Positions 57,244 to 64,000 of a stretch of 64,000 nt of DNA are shown here, one piece after another. Source of the DNA: the human T2T-CHM13v2.0 reference genome, Homo sapiens; NCBI RefSeq assembly GCF_009914755.1, contig NC_060929.1. The stretch is one strand, 5' to 3'. Within the stretch, counting starts at the first letter, position 1. Each line of letters opens with the position of its first letter. The translations under genes were made by a program, and so were the position numbers. Below the pieces are notes generated by a model. It did no database searches, was not told the origin of the DNA, and saw only the letters and a list, made by a program, of their open reading frames with translations.

Positions 57244-57470
57244 GGAGATAGGGAAGAATGGAGATGCTCTCACCTCCAAGTAATTTAAATTTAGCTCTCT
57301 TGAGACTATTGTATTTGGAGATAGGGAATAATGGAGATGCCCTCACCTCCAAATAATTAATTTAAATTTAGCTCTCTTGAGACTATTATATTTGGAGATG
57401 GGGAAGAATGGAGATGCCCTCACCTCCAAGTAATTAATTTAAATTTAGCTCTCTTGAGACTATTGTATTT
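57244..57470. repeat. Tandem repeat, three copies of 73/77/77 bp
   Basis: Copies start at 57244, 57317 and 57394 (GGAGAT[A/G]GGGAA[G/T]AATGGAGATG...CTCTTGAGACTATT[G/A]TATTT). Confidence 0.95.
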
Positions 57471-57758
57471 GTTCTCTTTCTAATCAGAGTTCGTGGTCCA
57501 TATTTAACTCTTGTTTCTCTGCTTGACCTTTCTTTACCAATCTTTGCTTGGTCTGAATGAATTGGTTGATCAGTTATCCATTGCCACCAACCATCAGTGG
57601 CACACAGCAATAAGCATTTATTGCTCTTTCACCTGGGGTCAGCTGCTCTTGTCTGGGGTTGGCTGGCTGCTGGCTGATCTAGGCTGGTCTCAGCTAGAGC
57701 AGCTGAGGTGGCCCTCTCTGTTTCATGTGTTGCTCATTCTTCTTCTGGTTCCAGTAGG

Positions 57759-58112
57759 TGATACGGCTTGGCTGTGGGCCCACCCAAATCTCAACTTGAA
57801 TTGTATCTCCCAGAATTCCCACGTGTTGTGGGAGGGACCCAGGGGGAGGTAATTAAATCATCAGGGCCGGTCTTTTCTGTGCTATTCTCGTGATAGTTAA
57901 TAAGTCTCATGAGATCTGATGGGCTTATCAAGGTTTTCCACTTTTGCCTCTTACTCATTTTCTCTTGCTGCTGCCATGTAAGAAGTACTTTTCACCTCCT
58001 GCCATGATTCTGGGGCCTCCCCAGCCATGTGGAACTGTAAGTCCAATTAAACCTCTTTTTCTTCCCAGTCTCAGATATGTCTTTATCAGCAGTGTGAAAA
58101 CTGACTAATATA
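57759..58112 (+). mobile_element. THE1A solo LTR nested in an antisense MLT1 remnant (about 57560-58355)
   Basis: tgatacggcttggctgtg...cacccaaatctcaacttgaattgtatctcccagaattccc...gactaatata; 5-bp TSD GTAGG. Confidence 0.9.
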
Positions 58113-58411
58113 GTAGGGTAGCCCATAAATGCTCTTTTCATGTCAAAGGTAGAAACACAAAAGAGTAGGTAGAAACTGGCACACCATCCTACCTGGCACA
58201 CTATCACTTATGCCTCATTTATAGACCCAAAAAGGTCCCATGGGGCAGGGAAATATAGTCTTCCTATTTTGGGGGGACTCTAAAGTACCATGACAAGAGG
58301 CATGGATACAGGGAAGGGAGAAGTATGGGAGCCTTTATTGCCTCATCTACCACAATTGGCTCGAAGAAATTTGCCAGTATTGAAAATTAAATAAAATTTT
58401 CCTTCTTATAA

Positions 58412-58531
<120 letters not shown>

Positions 58532-59693
58532 TAAAGACAAAAATCACGTCGGGAACAAATGAAGTCATTGATGCTTTGGGAAAAAGTTAAACAGTTCTTT
58601 TTTCTTTGGGAATTACTTAAAATTCCTGAGTATCTCCCATGAGGAGATTTGTCAATCTCTCTAAGCAGTGGTTGCCTTAGTCTTGGCCTCTGTCATCTTG
58701 ATGGCTCTCTTAATAAGCCACCCTTTGACCCTGACTTCCTGGTCAGTGCACTGGTCATTAGGGCAGTTGTAAATAGACCTAATCCCATAGAATTTCATGA
58801 TGGATATATTTTATCAGACCATCATCGAAGTAGTTCTTTCTGTACCTTGCTGAGAAAAGACACTGGATATACCACACCAGTGCTGACCTCTAGGTTAGTA
58901 CAAGTTTTTATGTCCCTCAACTATGTTCATTGAGAAGCTGTTAGCTTAGTAAAATATGAGTAAAAGCAATGAAAATATGAAACAATAGAAACTCTTTCAA
59001 GACTCTGAAAGACAATATGCTAAATGCTGAAATGTTTTATAAATAAATAATATTTGTCACTTAGCTACTCCCCAAGGGAAGATATTTTGAGATAAATTAA
59101 CTTTATAAATAAGGTCAATAAGAATTTAATACCTCTAAAATATTTATTGATACTATATTACTTTGAACTTGTTTAGAAGTAGATCTTAGACTTGAGTTTC
59201 TATTGGTTCATAATTTTTTGTATCTTTCATCTGTATTTTACAAAGCTTTACATTTTCCTCTTCCTGTATTTATTCTTTGCTGTACTCCCCTTTTAAATGA
59301 GAGTACAGGTGTTTGCTCCTAGTAATTATCCATGCAGTTCCTGTCCACAGATTCATGAAAATGATCTTTGCGGGGAATATGCATAGAATTTCTCATCTTT
59401 CTTGAAACTCCATGAAAATATATTTGGAAAAAAAAAAGGAAACATTGTTCTGATAATTGCTCAATTCTCTGTCTGACATTCCTTTCATCTGGATTTATTT
59501 ATTTTAGGTCCAGGGCACATGGGAAGACACTACTATGCTGTTTCTTTCAGCATCTTAAAAACCATAGTTTGATGTTAGTCTCTTCTAATCTGGGGCTGAA
59601 AGGTGGGAATTAGGATTTCTCATTTGTAGTATGTATACCTCTCGCTCACTCTGTCTTACTTGCTAAAATCTAAGCACAGTGCAACCAGACTGA

Positions 59694-60538
<845 letters not shown>

Positions 60539-62379
60539 CAGGGTCTCCAGGAAATCCCAGGCATCTAACTCTAAGCTTTCAGCCCAGCTCATTCTCTAGT
60601 GAAGTTCCCTTTTCTGATCCAGCACTATTTACTATGTGCCTTCTACATACAAGCCACTCTATTCTCAGAGCAAGCTCTGCTGCTCATGCTTTCAGCTTCT
60701 TTTGTTTAGATCAGACATGCATTTCCCTGTTTTTCTATCAACCAATCTTCACTGCTGCTTCCAGCTTTCTCTGTCAAGCATGCCTTCTTTGGTAATTAAT
60801 CCTGTCTTTGCCCTGACCTGTACTATTTGGATTTCTTGTCTCAATTTCTGCTGCATTTAACCAAGTACTTACTAAACTCCCACTCAAACTATTTGGCTTA
60901 CCACTTAATCACCCAGCCAGATACAGATCTGAAGATTTATTCCAAATAACCTGGCTTAATTTCTCCAATCAACGAGGCAGAGCCAAGACTTTCTTCAGTT
61001 AACCCTGGGTACATGTTTCCATCAGCCAGAGATTATGACTGCAGCAATATTTTCCTCTGTCTGTTGTGTATATGTACATACAGATAGAGATAGGGAGATG
61101 AATACATAGTGTGTTTTTAAATAAAAGTTAAATTATAGTATATATATATGCTCAGGATTTTTTTATTACTTAAAACAATTACTACAACATATGATGAGTG
61201 TTTTTCTTTGATATTAAATGTTCTTCTAGAAACAACATTATTTTTAATTGCTGCATGATATCCCTTCTTATGAATGGACAATGGTTTATTTCCTTGAGTA
61301 GTGTTGTGGATGGTCAGAGAAACAGGGTGGGGAAAGTGGGAGGAGAGTATGTGATTAAGTCCTGGTCTGATTCCCAAACCTGGCCTTCTTGGCCATACTC
61401 CAGCATTATAAAAAGAGAGCTGGACAGAGACCCAGGAGCCCTAGGTTCTGGTCTGATTGTGCGGCTGTGGCAAAGTCACTTCCCATTTTTTAACCTCAAT
61501 TTCCTCGTCTGAAAAATAATGGGATTGGATTTAATAATCTTTATGATTCTTTGATCCCACTGACTTAACCTTGGCATTTTCCACTATTTCCCAAGGAAGT
61601 CCTAGATTGCTTTTAACCAGATTATTTTTGACTGATGTCACTTGAGCACCTGAGTCATTCAGCACTCACTGATAGCGTATGTTAATATAAGGCGTTCTTC
61701 TTTTGTCTGGAGCTTCCAGAAGTAAAGTTTAGACTGATAGTTGACTCATGCATTCAGCAACCAATCGCTGAATACCATAACTGGTATGTTCTTAGTCTTG
61801 GTTTCTCTGAGCTGAGTAAGGCTGAGTCTCAACCTTGTTTCACTCACAGTCTACAGGGAGACAGACATAGAAACAGGCTCTTACAGCATGTTGCAATCAG
61901 TGCTCCAAACAAGGGCTTAGGAAATCTAAGGAGGAATTGCACATTCTGAGGTATGATTATAGTGGAGTGAATCAGATAGCTTAAGGAAGTATTTCTTTTA
62001 TATTATAACTTATTATTTGATTTTCAAACTAATACATGTTTCTGAAGAACATTACAAAATACCAAAAAGTATAAAGAAGAAAATTAAGATCACTCAACCT
62101 CATCTTCCAGAAATAATTACTGTTATAATGACTGTTAACATTTTATTTTTACTTCCCTTTATTTGTTTAAAAAAAATGTCCTTTAAAAATCATAAAATGG
62201 GGTACATGTTCCAATACATTTTTAAAAAGCGCATGGGAAAATCCAATAAAAATATATATGATTTAAATTTGGCAATAGAATGAAAAGAGTAGGATTATAG
62301 AAACTCAATTTCTGTGTTATGCCAGCATTTTTATCATGAGTAATTAGTGACATTGATTCATGATACTCATTTGGTGAGT

Positions 62380-63690
62380 AAATTAGCAATATTAGTACAT
62401 TCACAATGTTATGCAACAATCACCCAATTCAGTTCCAAAACATTTTCATTACCCCAGAAAGGAAACCACTGCTTAAGCAGTTAGTCTTGATTCCCCTCTC
62501 TCTCAGCCCCTGGCAGCTACCAGTCTACTTTCTGTCTCTATGGTACTTATTATTCTGGCAATTTCATACAAATGGAATCACAGTATAAAACCTTTTGTAT
62601 CTGGCTTCTTTCACTTAGCATGATGTTTGTGAGGTTAATCCAATTGTAGCATGTATCAGTATTCAGTTTCTTATGGCTGAGTAACAGTCCTTCGTGTGTG
62701 TATACCACAGTTTGTTCATCTGGTCATCCACTGATGAAAGTTTCAGTTGTTTCCACCTCTTGGCTATTGTGAATAACGCTGCTACAAATTTGTGGGCAAT
62801 TATTTGTTTCAATTCCTGCTTTCAATTCTTTGGGATATCTACTTACAAATGGAATTGCTGGGTTATATGGTGATTCTATTTTAACTTTTTTGTTTTGAAG
62901 ACAGGGTCTCACTCTGTCACTCAGGCCGGAGTTAACTTTTTGAAGAACTGTCAAAACGTTTTCAACAAGGTGGAGCCATTTTACATTCCTACCGGCAGTG
63001 TACAGGGGCTGTAATTTCTCCACATCCTCGCCAACACTTGTTATTTCCATTTTAAAAATTATTATAGCCATCTTCATGGGTGTGAAATGGTACCTCTTTG
63101 TGATTTTGACTTGAATTTCCTTAGTGACTAATGATATTGAACATCTTTTCATGTGCTTGTTAGCCATTTATATATCTTCCTTGGAGAAATGTTCATTCAA
63201 GTCTTTTGACTTATTTTATTTTATTCTATTTTATTTTATTTTATTGTGACAGGGTCTCACTCTGTTGCCCAGGTGGAGTGCAGTGGTGTGATCACGGTTC
63301 ACTGCAGCCTCTGTCTCCCGGGCTCAAACCATCCTCCTATGTCAGCCTCTTGAGTAGCTGAGACTACACGTGCCATGACACCCAGCTACTTGTTGTATTT
63401 TTTTTGGTAGAGACAGGGTTTTTCCATGTTGCCGACTCTTTTGCCCATTTTTAAATTGAGTTCTTTGTCTTTTTGTTGCTGGTTTGTAAGAGTTCTTTAT
63501 GTAGTATGGATACTGGAACCTTATCAGATATATGATTTGCAAATATTTTCTCACATTCTATATGTTGTCTTTTCACTTTTTTGTGATTGTTATTTGATGC
63601 ACAAACTTGTTTATTTTATTGTCTATTTGTTGTTGTTGTTGTTGTTGCTCATACTCTGGATTCAGATCTAAGGACCCACTGCCAAACTCA
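62380..63690 (-). mobile_element. L1MB-type 3' fragment with two truncated Alus (62891-62931; about 63212-63434)
   Basis: ORF 62724-63167 is L1 ORF2 C-terminus-like (ANKHMKRCSISLV...YHFTP...GEDVEK). Confidence 0.8.
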
Positions 63691-64000
63691 GGGTCATGGA
63701 ATTCACGCTGAGATTATAGTTATCACCCTAGCCCTTCCCAGCATCACATTTACAAAATATCACAAGGTAACTTTCAGGGAAGGTAGCCATTGTGGCTCCC
63801 TTTCCTTTTATGGGCATTCTTGTTCATCTCACTTTCATAGAATGAGTTTTCTGAGGTGTTCCTCCAAATTCTGAGGTTATGCCTCATTTGAATCTGAAGC
63901 TTTCTACTATGTGGACCAATCACAAGAAAAACATCATGTTTGTCTTGTATCCACCAGGAATGCTCCTCAGTTTATCTGGCTCCATGCAGAGCCCCATCCT

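Overview
This is hominoid (most likely human) genomic DNA at the OSMR locus, dominated by interspersed repeats; it is not prokaryotic. The only protein-coding sequence I can support is the first coding exon of OSMR (oncostatin M receptor beta) at 58439-58511 (+), which reads [24 protein letters not shown] and is missing from the ORF track because it is short. OSMR starts in a CpG-island bidirectional promoter at about 35.1-36.4 kb. A non-coding exon 1 (about 35483-35858) is followed by a 22.6-kb intron 1. The divergent lncRNA OSMR-DT/OSMR-AS1 probably runs leftwards over the first half of the window. The rest is Alus, L1/L2/MIR remnants, solo LTRs (LTR12, THE1 x2, MER31, MER34, LTR47, MLT/MST and a MER4-group LTR), a full-length antisense SVA and several simple or tandem repeats. 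Essentially all ORFs in the track are repeat artefacts. I found no evidence for a new multi-gene system. The best leads are: (i) an SVA and an Alu inserted at the same palindromic TTTTT|AAAAA site from opposite strands, with abutting TSDs; (ii) two sense THE1 LTRs with consensus splice donors upstream of the OSMR start-codon exon, which could act as alternative promoters; (iii) an internal exon-1 donor that would remove the in-frame upstream stop; (iv) an L1 > minisatellite > LTR12 nest; (v) a colinear ancient RTE-type reverse-transcriptase fossil; (vi) CTCF-like motifs bracketing the promoter. Repeat subfamily names come from recalled consensus sequences and need RepeatMasker/Dfam confirmation.
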